The notes beneath the pieces were generated by a model. That model saw nothing but the letters and a program-made list of their open reading frames with translations, did no database searches and was not told where the DNA came from. The position numbers and the translations under genes were made by a program. This document shows, one piece after another, positions 24,335 to 36,682 of a stretch of 64,000 nucleotides of DNA (the stretch's first letter is position 1; each line of letters begins with the position of its first letter). Source of the stretch: Lama guanicoe (taxonomy: Eukaryota). Location: assembly GCA_013239625.1 (NCBI GenBank), contig MU053934.1, positions 8,019,352 to 8,083,351 on the forward strand. Direction: 5' to 3'.

Positions 24335-24770
24335 AGTCTTAAAAAAATAGCGGTAAAATATACATAAGGGAAAATTCTCTGTTTCAACCATTTTCAACGC
24401 ACAGGTTAGTGGCACTGAGAACATTCACATTGTTGTGCGGCCATCACCACCATCATCTCCAGAACTCCGTTCACTTTGCAAAGCTGAAACTCTGTCCCCA
24501 TCAACACTAACTCCCCATCTCCCCTCCCCTAGCCCCTGACCACCGTCATTCAACTTCCTGTCTCTGTGAATCTGACTCCTCTAGGAACCTCATGCGAGTG
24601 ACTTCCTTACAGAATTTGTCCTCTTGTGTCTGGCTTATCTCATTTGGCATTGTGTCCTCGAGATTCATCCACATTGAAGTGCGTGTCAGACTCTCATGTT
24701 GACATGTCTGCATAGACCACACTTTGTTTATCCATTCATCTGTGGTGGACGTTAGCTTGTCTCTACCTTT
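24335..24770 (-). mobile_element. Old L1 (L1MA/L1MB-like) 3' end
   Basis: ggtaaaatatacataa...acattcacattgttgtgcggccatcaccacc...gctgaaactctgtccccatcaacactaactcccc. Confidence 0.8.
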
Positions 24771-26264
24771 AGAGACAGGCTTTTATGATTCATCAAATAT
24801 TTACTGAATATCTACCGTGGGGAAGGCATAATGCATCTAGAGAAAAAAAGACTCATTTTGCATTTTTCTTTCCAATTACAAGAAAGCCACTGCATTTAGT
24901 TGTGGAAAAGCGTTTTGAGTTGCGATAGCCAAGGCTGACTTTTATAACCCTCTGCAGGTTGTATTACGGGCAGCTGCACGGTCAGCCACCCGAGGGCAAG
25001 GGCCCGGCGGGCCGGCTGCAGCTGCCATAGTGCTTCTGGGGAAAAAAAATCAGCTGCACATTTGAACAGTTCTTTATAATAAATATTTAACTAGCACCAA
25101 TGATTGAATAGCCTTTTCAAGCCTTGCATTTTACTGATTTCCTTGCAAATTTGAAATTTTGACAGTCTTCAGATAATCTATCACACCGACTTGAGCTTCA
25201 CATTTTAATACTCTCCTGACACCAGAGCGTAATTGGATCACAGCCACTCCGCCTCCGGGTCTCTGTTAGCCGCGAACTACAGCAGGTGCGGTGGGCGACC
25301 TTGGGACACGTTCTAATGTGCGAGTCATGAACCGGAACGAAGGGAAATCTGTCTCACTCATGCAGGAGACCGCGTTTTCAGCAGAAGATCGTGCGCCTCC
25401 TGTCTGAGTATCCACTTTCTCCATCAAAATGTATTCGGATTAGTCCTGAAGTCAGTTCCATTTGCTCTGCATAAATAGTTTGTAATGCTTGTACTGAGAG
25501 ATAGAAAGGTAGAGTTCAAATCAGCCGTTTCCTCTTGACAGAGTATTTGAGGATTCAAAGTTAGGCCCCCATAAAGGTTTGTATCTATGTATATAAATGT
25601 GTGTATGTGCATATATGTAAAATGTACACACATATGTACATGGGTCTTTTCAATGGCTAATTTAATTCCCTTCCCATGAAAACACTAGCCCCACTGGGCA
25701 CGCCTTCTTGGTTTTGTGCACGGTGTGTCCCAAGGCCAGGGCTCACGCCCCACACCCACCTTGACACCCGGTGTTTGTGGAATGAGTGAGCACGGAAGTG
25801 TGAGGAGTCAAAAGCACAACTTGCTTTTCTGCTGAACCCCGCATCGCGGATGGGGACACAGGCCAGCCACGTAGCTCCGCCCCGTTCCCTGCAACGTCCC
25901 CAAGCCCCGTGGGACTCTGCTATGACTTGTGTCATCGCAGCTGCACGATTTGGTGGTTCTCATTTTCCAAAAAGACAAGCCACACTGCAACAGACTCCTA
26001 CCTGTGTATAACAGTGCAGACAGTTTTACAGACAAACTTATATAAAAAGTGGAATTGTTACCGACCCACTTTGGAAGTGCTGTGTTCATAGTGCATTGTT
26101 AATGTGAGGAAAGATTTTGTGCACTTCCTTGGAGTTCAGAGCAGCAGGATCTGAATCACCAGCACCTTAAAACGTTGGCTTGCAGCGGTACCATCATCAT
26201 GACAACTATTAGGACTTTCAGGCAAAAATGTGCAGTGAATGAAATTCAGTTTTGGCACAACCTG

Positions 26265-26571
26265 CTTCCAAATCCCGCCCAGTGCCGGCTTTTGTCCAGC
26301 CTCTGAGTTAAGAATGGGTTTATGTTTTACATGTTTTGAAAAATAAAATCAAAAGAATAGTTCGTGACACGTGAAAATGATAGGAAATCCAAACTTCTGT
26401 GTGCAAAACAAACTTGTATAGCAATATAGCCACTCACTTGCTTATATATATTGCCTGCAGCTGCTTTCAGATCATGACAGCAAAGCTGACTAATTGTGAC
26501 AGGCTGTATGGCCCGACAAGTGAGAAATACTTCCTGTCTGGCCCCTTACAGACCCCTGCCCTGGACCCCTG
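26265..26571. mobile_element. hAT-Charlie MITE (MER58B-like)
   Basis: taagaatgggttt...cgtgacacgtgaaaat...gtatggcccgacaag...tctggccccttacagacccctg. Confidence 0.7.
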
Positions 26572-27842
26572 TCTTCCCCAGCTCCAGTGATGTTCTCATG
26601 ACGTGCTATCATGGCTAAGTCTCCTGCTCCATCCGGCAGCCGGCAGCCGGCAGCCGGCAGCCAGCTCACTGACCCAAAGTGCCCCCATTCTTCATCGTTC
26701 TCCCCTGCAACCAAAGCACAGCCCTCATTCCCTTCCTGTGCCCAAAATAGATGGGAGGAGGAAAGCAAAGCCTTTTATTTTGTAGGCAGGTGATACAGCT
26801 GTGGCAAATGTATGGTGAGAGAAATTTAGACTAAGGTGTGACTGTCTACTAGGTCTGGCCTTTGTTCTTCCTCCCACGTAAGAGGTACTGGCATTTTTCA
26901 AGGAACTTGCTCTCTGAAGCTAGCTAGGGTGGCAGGCCTTTTTGAAGAGGGTATAATCTTTTAGGGGGCTTTACTAGTTCTCCTCCATGGAAGATAGGTA
27001 ACCTGGTGCCAACCTTTCACTCATTCCTCATCTATGAAATAATGACAGAAACAAAGTGTATATGTAGTCGCCTAATATGCAAAAAGAAAACTCAGAGGAG
27101 TTGCCAATAAATGGAAATCCAACTTCCCTTGTCTCAAAGTTTGCTGATGTTTCCAAAATCACTTGAGTGAAAGGCTGTTGATCACTGCAGTCAGTGATTT
27201 GTGTTGCTCACGTGGTACAGGAAAAAGTGTGAGAACCACCGTTTTAAAATTCCAGGCAAGCATGGTCATCTCTGCATGCTCCTAGCATTTAAAGTGAAAA
27301 TCATAGGTTCCTCTCTTGCCAGATCACTAAATTAGCAAACTGATTAAATAACGCCGTTGAAAAGACTATTTTGGATGTGATGATTACAGCAGGCTTGAAA
27401 ATGCTGCCCCGAAGGGCAGTCAGATTGCATCAGAAGTGTAACCTGGGGGAAATACGGCATTTTCTCCATCACTGAATCAATTAAGTATTTCCATCACTTC
27501 CCGACACACTTCTAACTCTCCTGAAATTGCTGGGAGGTTTGAAAATGAACAACACAAGGAAACATTGCACAGTCTCAGAGTGCCCTCAGATGAGCTCCCC
27601 TTCCTCTCCCACAGAGCTAAAAGCTGCTTTCTGTGTTTTGAAAGATGCCATTTCATTTTAGTTATACGAAGGGGAAATGAGAGAAGGCAATGAAGCTTTT
27701 AAACCTCTCTTTAGGTGCTTCCCGAGCTGCTGTATTATCACAGGAGACGTGTCGATAAGGAATGAAACCCAAATGCAGGTGAGGCAGAGAACTCAACTTA
27801 CCCTGCCTGAGGGTGTCATGTATTCGCTCGCTTTTCCCCAAG

Positions 27843-28240
27843 ACTTGATGGAGGTAAAATCGACACGCAGTGAAATGCACGACTCTCCAGCGCCCCCAGT
27901 GATGCTTTCTTACTTCGCTGTTAACCTGTGTGACCACCAGCCAGTCCCAGGTATGGATCATGTGCATCGCCCAGCGTTTCCCGGGCCGTATCCAGGCAAG
28001 ACCTTCTCGCCACAAGGGTGACCCCCTCTCAACATGGAAAAGAGACCACCTGTCACTGAGCTTCAAATAAGTGGATTCGCCCACTGTGTACTGTTGCACG
28101 TGGCTGCTTTGCTCGGCATGTTTCCGAGACACATCTGTGCCACTGCTTTCTTCAGTGGCTCGCTGGTGTTCCATTGTATGACTTACACCAGTGGCGTGTT
28201 CATTCTCCCGCCTTATCACTGCTAAGGCTGTTTGTGCGGT
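27843..28240 (-). mobile_element. Degenerate old L1 3' fragment
   Basis: gaggtaaaatcgacacgcagtgaaatgcac...gagcttcaaataagtgga...tttgctcggcatgtttccgagacacatc. Confidence 0.55.
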
Positions 28241-28434
28241 TTGCCTCAGCTGAAAGGTTAGGACCAGTTACATCTGTTTGCTCACACAGTGCCTGTCCAT
28301 TCGGGGAAGGTGGGAAGAATGGCAAAAATACTGAGGAACTGAGGTTGACCCAGACCACACAGTATGGGGCATCGCCCAGGGTCTGGAATCCGGCACGTGC
28401 TCGTGGAATGTTTGTTCCTTATTCTTAATTAAGC

Positions 28435-29300
28435 TGATGAGGAACTGGACTCTTTGGGAGCCACAGTTCAAAAGCAAATCAAATGGTTTTCCTTAATGGG
28501 GCAGCTGCATGTAATCTGATTTTCATAATTATTCTCCAAATGTAAAATGCATGCTGGCGGTGGCGTGGGCTGTACGTGCGTAGCATCCTAAGGCATGGAA
28601 AACGGAGATGATGGGGACAGGAGCTAAGATCATATTTCTGCTTCTCGTTAAATTCTCTTTCTTATCAACAACCGAGAGTTTCCAACCTTCATTCGAATAT
28701 AGATGTTTGCTGTTCTGAAAGCAATTTGGAAAGCTGTTCTAGTTAGACTGCTCCCAGGAGAACGCTGTGCAAATTCCCCAGAAGCCAGGCCAGGAACGAG
28801 GGAAAGTTTCTGGGGTTTAGATCATGGTTCCTCCATCCGCTAAACCTTAAGGAAAAAACCTAATTTATCCACAGCCAGCAAGTCATTTCTTGATTGTCAT
28901 CTGCGGAGCACATGAGTCCAAAAATCTGGTACAACTAAAGCAATAATTTTTTAAAAAAGCTTCCAAGCTGCATTTAATAAGCAATCATACTCTTCTCCAG
29001 TCCAAGAAGTGCAGGGGAAACAGAGCCCACGAGTGCAGCTTTTTTGTCTGAGACATCACAGGCCATCCCTCACCTCGGGGAAGGGAACGGCCATGAACTT
29101 TACTGAGAAGTCGTTGCTTTGCATAGATTTCTCAGCACTAAGTCCCACGCTTGCATTGGAAATATGATTATCTACATATTGCATATGACATCTACAAAAT
29201 TCCAGAACCCTAATGTCATGTGAGGCTCGGGTCACTTCCTCTTAAAATGGAGAATCACTTCATTGTAGCGAGTGGTCCTTCCTGAAATAGGTGAGCTGTC
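28435..29300 (+). mobile_element. Very old non-L1, non-LTR retrotransposon RT fossil (CR1/L2/RTE-like)
   Basis: Ordered degenerate RT motifs PKAWKTE, HG..NL, AIIF*KSFQAAFNK, SALSPTL..IIYI; detailed in findings. Confidence 0.45.
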
Positions 29301-29359
29301 ATCACAACTTGAGTTATCTATCTTCCAGAGATATTCTTTCATAGTCCAATGGCTGTTTC

Positions 29360-29431
29360 CTTTTATTGAAGTATAGTCGATTTACAATGTTGTATTAATT
29401 TCTGGTATACAGCATAGTGATTCATTTACAC

Positions 29432-29463
<32 letters not shown>

Positions 29464-29465
29464 AT
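29360..29465 (-). mobile_element. Short L1 3' tail with an embedded (TG)n microsatellite (29437-29463)
   Basis: ttttattgaagtatagtcgatttacaatgttgtattaatttctggtatacagcatagtgattca followed by a TG run. Confidence 0.8.
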
Positions 29466-29976
29466 AAAATGGCATTTTTTAAAGTAGGGATCTGACCTGT
29501 CTTTGTGTATTCAAATTAGCAGTGATGAAATTAAAATTGTAAATTCTGTGTGTCCACTGGAAAGCCCGACTCACTGATGGAACCTGAACAATCAGTTATT
29601 TACTGGGCACTCACGTCGCGCCCAGGAGTCTCTTTTCCATTTTCTTTCCCTGGGTTTCTTTTCTGCTCACACTCTCCTGCGTGCAGGCTCTCCATCTGGG
29701 GTCTATGGCTGTGCCAAGGGCAGTGGGAGGGTGGGGATGGGGTGGATGTGGGTGTCTGGAAGTGGTGTGCAGTCTCACGCTCTGACTGTCACATACCATT
29801 GGGATCTCAATAGCCACATTCATCATCTTTCCATGTTTTCTCCAGTTCGGTTAGTGACATCCCAAGTCAGGTCATGCAGGTAAGAAGCCTCAGAGCCCTC
29901 TGACTCGTCACTCTCCCTAAACCTCCGCCATTTGTTCCCCATGTGTTGTGGTTTGCAGCCCTGAAGGTTCATTCTT

Positions 29977-30840
29977 TTAAAAAATTTCTAAAATTTTTTT
30001 AATTGAAGTATAGTCAGTTTACATTGTTGTGTTAACTTCTGGTGTACAGCATAGTGTTTCAGTCATCCGTATATATCCATATATTCCTTTTCATATTCTT
30101 TTTCATTATAGGTCACTGCAACATAGTGGCCATAGTTCTCTGCACTATACAGTATTTACTTGTGGTTTATCTATCTTATATATAGTAGTATCTGCAAATC
30201 TGGAACTCCCAATTTATCCCCTCCCATTCCCTTTCACCCCTGGTGACCGTAAGTTTGTCTCCTATGTCTGTGAGTCTGTCTGTTTTGTAAATAAGCTCAT
30301 TTGTGTCTTGTTTTAGGTTCCCACATGTAAGCAATATATTTGTCTTTCTCTTCCTGGCTTGCTTCACTTAGAATGACAATCTCCAAGTCCATTCATGTTG
30401 TTGCAAATGGCATAATTTTATTCTTTTTTATGGCTGAGTAGTATTCCGTTGTATATACACCACAACTTCTTTATGCAGTCATCTGTCAAAGGACATTTAG
30501 ATGGTTTCTATGTCTTGGCTATTGTAAATAACACTGCTGTGAACATTGGGGTGCATGGATCTTTTCAATGTATCTTTTCAGCATATACCCAGGAGTGGGA
30601 TTGCTGGAGCATATGGTAAGTCTATTTTTAGTTTTTTAGGGGATCTCCATACTGTTTTCCACAGTGACTGCAGCAAGCTACGTTCGCACCAACAGTGTAG
30701 GAGGGTTCCCTTTTCTCCACACCCTCTCCAGCATTTATCATCTGTGGACTTTTTAATGATGGCCATTCTGACTGGTGTGAGGTAGAACCTCATTGTAGTT
30801 TTGATATGCATTTCTCTGATAATTAGTGGCATTGAGCATT
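29977..30840 (-). mobile_element. 5'-truncated cetartiodactyl L1 with ORF2 C-terminus and 16-bp target-site duplication
   Basis: ORF 30578-30832 ([46 protein letters not shown]) is the L1 ORF2 cysteine-rich end. TSD ctgaa(g/a)gttcattctt at 29961-29976 and 30841-30856. Confidence 0.93.
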
Positions 30841-32357
30841 CTGAAAGTTCATTCTTATCTGTCCTTTCCTGCTGCCACAGGTACCTCTGGCCTTGCCTGG
30901 TTCAGCAGCTCCCGCATCGGGTCTCTGGCTCAGGGTTTGCTTCCATCATCCTCTGCATCCACCCTCTGCTCAGACCCCTCCAGTGGCTCAGGGTTCCTTG
31001 GGCAGGCCCTCCGACCCCATTCCCTCACCCCGCTCACTCAGTCACACCAGGCAGCCTGAATTCCTGTCTTGTCCCCTCCCCTCACCCCTCCCAGGTGCCT
31101 GTGTCTTTCCTTGCATTCTCCCTTCTCCGGCGGAGCCTGCTCTCCCTTCACTGAATGAAGGCAAAGGTTCCCTTCATTGTCTCGTCCTTGTCCCTTCATC
31201 TGCATCTTCTCTGCCCGCTCCCCTCCCACCTTGGTGGGCTCCTGACCGTAGGACTCGGCATCCTGCGTCACTGCGTGGTGTGCACGTGCTCCTGGATGAC
31301 AAGCTTTGCAGGGCAAGGCTCTGTCCCTGTGGTCAGTGCACTCTCTGCGGGAGGACAGGCCTGGCTCCCATTTGGCCAACAGAAACGTTTGCCAATGGGA
31401 ACTGAAGGGGTTAGAGTGCTGTGGGGCACAGAGCCAGCACAAAGAGAAATGGAAAAACAGCCTTAACCACACGAGCAGACCTAGAATCCCCGGCTCCTCC
31501 CCCACGGGACCTCCTCTGATAGTCCTTATCTGCTGGTGAACGACTCCACCCACCATCCTGGGCCGGACTGGAAACAGCCTTATCTCTTCTCTTCTCACTC
31601 CTTCAAGTTTGGGGCCCCTTCCACCCAGGAGCCTCTCCAGAAACCTGTTCACTTCCCTCCTAAGACACTGGTCTCTCTGCCTCCGACTGTACTCTTTCTC
31701 CACTCACTATCACACATCACCCAGAGTCAACATGTAGAACCCGAGTCGGCCACATCACCTCCATCTTAAAACCCTTCCTCGGCTTAAAAGGCCTGCCTCA
31801 TCCTCTTTCCTCTCCGCTCCCTGGAGTCCCCACACTGTCCCCTCTGGTCCAGTCTTCCCCGCCCGAGTCCGCGCCAGCGCTTTTTCCTGTGTGTTCACCG
31901 CGCCTCCGGGGTAAACATCCCGAGCTCGCCTAGGACAGGTGAGGTGTTCACCAGAGCAGCTATGCGCCCGCGTTGCCCACCATGCTGGAAGCTTCCTAAG
32001 GATGGGGACAGTTCACAGGGGTTCCCCAGCCCCAGTCCTGGTTGTGGGTAAAAAGCTCAGCCAGTGAAATGACTTATGTGTGTGGTTATTTGATGGACGT
32101 TGGCCGCGCTGCCTCCTGGAGCCCGGGTCTGGTCAGCAGAGCCCGCCAAGCCCAGGGCTCAAACGTTAGAACAAAAGGCAGGGCGAGCCCTCGATCTGTC
32201 CCAGCGGCGGCCCTGAGGAGCGGATGCGCCGCTTCCCTCGGAGAGCGAGTGTGACGCGCCGCGTGGGAACGGCGGGCAGCCCGCGGGCTGAAGTGGTGAC
32301 CGCACAGCCCGAGGCGGCGCGGACCTCCGGCGGCGGGAGCCGCAGGGCCGGGGGCGG

Positions 32358-32580
32358 NNNNNNNNNNNNNNNNNNNNNNNNNNNNNNNNNNNNNNNNNNN
32401 NNNNNNNNNNNNNNNNNNNNNNNNNNNNNNNNNNNNNNNNNNNNNNNNNNNNNNNNNNNNNNNNNNNNNNNNNNNNNNNNNNNNNNNNNNNNNNNNNNNN
32501 NNNNNNNNNNNNNNNNNNNNNNNNNNNNNNNNNNNNNNNNNNNNNNNNNNNNNNNNNNNNNNNNNNNNNNNNNNNNNNNN
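32358..32580. other. Assembly gap (223 N)
   Basis: Run of N inside the CpG island, ending 21 bp before the PARVB ATG. Confidence 1.
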
Positions 32581-32601
32581 GCCGGGGTCCCCGCGCGCCC
32601 C

Positions 32602-32716
32602 ATGTCCTCCGCGCCGCTGCGCTCGCCCGCCCTGCGGCCGCACAGGATGAAGAAGGACGAGTCGTTCCTCGGCAAGCTGGGCGGCACGCTGGGGAGGAAG
32701 AAGAAGGCCAAGGAGG
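32602..32716 (+). CDS. PARVB: PARVB (beta-parvin/affixin) first coding exon; the rest of the window is intron 1
   Basis: ATG at 32602 encodes MSSAPLRSPALRPHRMKKDESFLGKLGGTL-GRKKKAKE, then G|gtgagt (consensus donor, phase 1). KKDESFLGKLGGTL is the parvin N-terminal signature, and the position downstream of SAMM50 matches PARVB synteny. Confidence 0.96.
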
Positions 32717-35700
32717 GTGAGTGCGCCCGCCGCCGGCCTCCTGCCGCGCACGCGCCGCGCCCCGCCCCGCAACAGCCCTTGACCCTGGCTCGTTCCTCCT
32801 CCCGAGACCTTTAAGCGCTGGCCCGGAACCAGACGCGAGGCCCCCTCCCCCAGCGGCTGGTCGAGTCCCTTTTGGGCTCCTGGCGTCACCCCAAGGCGCA
32901 TCGCCGGCTCCTGCCGAGGGCAGGACGCGGAGCCGACGTCGGGCGAGGCCTTGGTACGCGGAGGACAGCCCCGCGCCCACCCCGGCCTGAGTCGCCATTT
33001 ACTTAGCCCCGCTCTCGGGCAGCACCGCCCGCAGGCCGGCCCACCCAGCCGCACCTTCTCACCCCTCAGGGCACCCGCTGCGGTGCGGGCACCGGCCCGG
33101 GCCCCCCGGTGGTCGCGGATGCGCCCCCAGCCCCGGAAGGGGAGGGAAGGGGACGCGGCGCGGCCGGCCTGAGGCTGCGGGGCCTGCCGGCGAGGGCTGC
33201 AGAGGCCCTTCTATTTTTGACTGCACGTGCCCACGAAAATAATTTAAAAACCCTTCCAACCTCCTCCTACATTTTAAAAGTTGTTTTTAGAGTTGTGAGA
33301 GATGTGACTTCTGGCCTCTTGTGTGTGTTCTTTCCATACTGAGGTTCCCTGGGCTGCATTCCTGAGTTTTCCCTTTGTTCGGGTCAGCAGGTTCTTCCCC
33401 TGGGCCAGAGTCCCCATGGGTGAGGGAGAGCTGTGCTGGGGTGTCTGTGAAAAGCCTGGGGGGCGGAGGGGGGCGAAGGAGAGGCCCAGGAGCTGGCCTG
33501 AGGCAGGACATTGGGAAAGAGAGGATCTGGAGTCAGGGGTGCTCAGTGAGTTCCTTAAACCACCTGAGCCTGTCCTGCCCGCCAGAAAGTCTTCCTGTAT
33601 TTCCGGATGAGTACTCCCCAGGGACGTGTGTCCCCCAGGGACACACTCACAAGGACCCTGTCCTTCCGTTAATTTCTTCCTCAGAGCTGTGTATTCCTGG
33701 GGATGCTTGTGGCACTTTTACCTCCAGGCTGTGCCTGCCCTACCCTGGGACTTGGGTGGGTGGGTGGGGGTGTGTTCATTCATTTCCCACCAGGGGTGCT
33801 TTTACTAAATTGGATGATGCAGGTCCCTGAGGGCAGGGCCTTTCACGTTTGGTTGTTCCGCCATTTAGGATCCAAACTGGCTTGTATTAATCTCTATCAA
33901 GTCACACCTCCTAAATGTGAGATCGGTGGCCAGTCGCCCTTCCCCTGATCATTCCCGCTGCCTCTCTGATCTTCAGCCTCATTTGCAGACCTCATGGCCG
34001 TCACCAAAATCATTTCAGTTCTTCTTTATGCCTTATAACAATCACAGACATTAATGTCATTCCCTTTCTGGTTCATTCCTTGCCTGCTTCGGGACCCTGG
34101 AAGAAAAGACAGACAAGGCTCTTGCTTTCATGGAACAGGGCGTCAGTGGTAATAAGCAAACAGACTAGTCGTGCTGTCATAATACATGCTAGGAAGGAAA
34201 AGTCACAGTACAATCAGATGGATGCCCAGGGAAGGCCTCAGAGCAGGTCAGGTTTGGGTTGAGACCCGAAGGAACCAAGAAGGAACCCTCTCAGAATAGC
34301 AAGTAAGCAGAATGTTCCGGACGATAGTGGCTTTTTATAGGTGACATTTATGCTCCTGGAATACGAAGAGCACATGTCTGAAGTCAGGCACGGGTCCCAA
34401 GACCCATAGCGGAGTCCTTGTCCCTGCCTGCATGAGCTAGCGCGTGCCCAGAAAATTGAGGGCCAGTCTGGTTTAATTTAAATATACCAATAATCACGGT
34501 AGTCAAAGCATCCTGTGATGAATAAAATGGACATGAAAACAGGAGAGAGATGCTTTCACGGTATAGCTCTTTTTTTTTTTTTTTTTAAGTTGATTTACGA
34601 TGTGTTAGTTTCAGGTACACAGCAAAGTGATTCAGTTTCTTTGGTGTGTGAGTTAGCTGGGTCCCCTGCCTCGGCTCTCAAGTTTGGGGTGCCTGGCACC
34701 CTCAGGGGTCCCTGATACGAACAGGAGGTTGAAAACACTCATCGGGCTCAGACGCAGGAGTCAGGGGAGGACTGGACTAGGAAGGGCTCAGGGGCTCGTC
34801 CAGTCTTGCAGAAAGTGGAGAGGGAGTCAGAAGTCGGAGGCTGAGGTGTGGAGGCTGGATTGGAGAATGAGGTCCTGGATGATTGAGAGCTGCCAGTATT
34901 CCTGCAGGCCTGTTGCCTTGGCAACTTGTCCTCTGTGCCACTCAGTGTGGTTCAGGAGCTGGAGCGCATCCTGGCCCAGACTCGGGGCCCCTGTGGGAAG
35001 GCGCTTATTTGCCTACTAGGGAGCGATCAGGAAGGGGGTGCTTCGAGGTGTACTGGGGCGCTGCCAGCTGCACAGTGGGTGGGTTTCGTTTCCTTTTTGT
35101 GAGAAAGTTGATGGTGAGTTCTGCGTGGGGGGAGGTGTGGCCCCTGTGGGGGAGGCTGGGCAGAGGATGCTGGGGAGAGGACGGCAGTGCCGGGAAGTTA
35201 GAGATTCAGAGGTGCCTATAGCGTTCGACTCCATCCAGCTGGACAGAGCTTGTGGTTGTGACAAGGCACGGAGGGACGAGTTGGGGTGACTTCTTCCAGG
35301 GGAGGTCATTTTAGAAAATGCATTCTGGGCTTTGGAGGAACCCATGCAGGAAGTGTCTGTGGATGAATTCATAGCGTGATCAAGGCTGATGTTCTGTGGG
35401 AGGGAACCAAGCTGTGTCATGTGTTGGCCCAGTTTAGAAAAACGGAACTGTGACTAACTGTGGGCATTGGGAAAAGTGGAAAGGAACACTTAAAAAACCC
35501 CAAAAGCTCCAGGTAAAAGGCCCGGAAACTATTACTATTACGAGCCACTCATTCGGGTGGTTTGCTTTTACTGGAGCTGGATGGAGCAGGCGCAGAGGCA
35601 GACTCCTCACAAGGGCCCCCTGGTGACCAGCGGGCCAGGAGGGGGCAGCTGCTGTGTGGAGTCCTTACAGGCAGCGGCCACCTCTGGGGCAGGGAGGTCC

Positions 35701-35954
35701 TGGGTGGAAGGGCAGGATGGAGTCCACTCCCCACGGGCCAGGAGAGACCCTCGCCTGCACTTGGCCTCTGCCCTCTGCCCAGGCACCAGTGACCAACACC
35801 AGGCTGCACGGATGGGATCCTGCCGCAGCCGGGCCTGGAGGCCCTGTCCCTCCTGCTTTCCCGAGGAAGGCAAGTGTTAAGGGAGTTCCTGTGTCCTGAT
35901 TGCCTTTCTTTCTTTCTTTCTTTTTTTTTGTAATATATTTTTGAGAGCAGTTTT

Positions 35955-36200
35955 CAGCTCTCGTTCCCTAATGACTTACGATGTGGAGGTCTTCTCCTAG
36001 ACTCGTGTACCATCTGTACATCTGTGGTGAAGGGTCTGTTCAGATCTTTGGCCCATTTTTTAAACTGAGTTAATCGATTTTTTCTAGTCGAATGTTAGGG
36101 GTTCTGGGTGTATTCTGGATACTAATCTTTTGTCAGACGTGTCTTTTGTAAACACTGTCTCCTGGTCTGCGCCTTGTCTTCTGGTTCTCTGACCCTGGTC
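35955..36200 (-). mobile_element. Old L1 ORF2 fragment
   Basis: ttccctaatgacttacgatgtggag...gtctgttcagatctttggcccatttttt...tattctggatactaatcttttgtcaga. Confidence 0.7.
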
Positions 36201-36682
36201 GTCTTCTGAGTGTTGGGTGCAGAAAGAGAGAGAAGTGAGCAAGATATTGACTGAAACCTCATAAGTTAGATCTAATGAGATGCCAGGTGGCTGCCACCTT
36301 GAACTGAAGGTTGAAGGTATTATGTTTCTTTTGTGGACTTTAAATGGCTTCCAGGAGAGAAGCTTGGTCTAAACCACCACACAACATTGTAAATCAACTA
36401 TACCTCAATACAAATAAAATAAAATAGAATAAAATAAACCATTACTGTTAACCCCAGCGCATTCCCATCAACTCACTCTGTCCTTGAAAGAGTGATCAGC
36501 TGCATGGTCCCCAGGCCCCTCCCACTTCAGCACTGCTCTGTAATAAAGAGTACCTGGACAGAGGTGCTGTGTAATTTTGCCCTGCAAGGTAGAACTTTTC
36601 ACCTGCAAGGTAGGATTTCTTCCTCATTTTGTAGTTGAGGAAACACACCCTTACCTGGTAGCCACTTCATGGTGGTTTAAAC

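Larger units (their letters stand above)
31850..33230 (+). promoter_or_regulatory. PARVB: PARVB CpG island and promoter
   Basis: Very GC- and CpG-dense around exon 1; GC box ggggcgg at 32351-32357; no TATA box in the visible sequence. Confidence 0.85.

Noticed and set aside
30578..30832. L1 ORF2 ORF as an active LINE
   Set aside because: The element is only about 860 bp, 5'-truncated, and lacks ORF1, endonuclease and RT.
32086..33054. Long ORFs (322, 279, 196 and 181 aa) across the CpG island
   Set aside because: They stay open only because of the N gap and stop-codon scarcity in GC-rich DNA. Only 32602-32716 is supported as coding.
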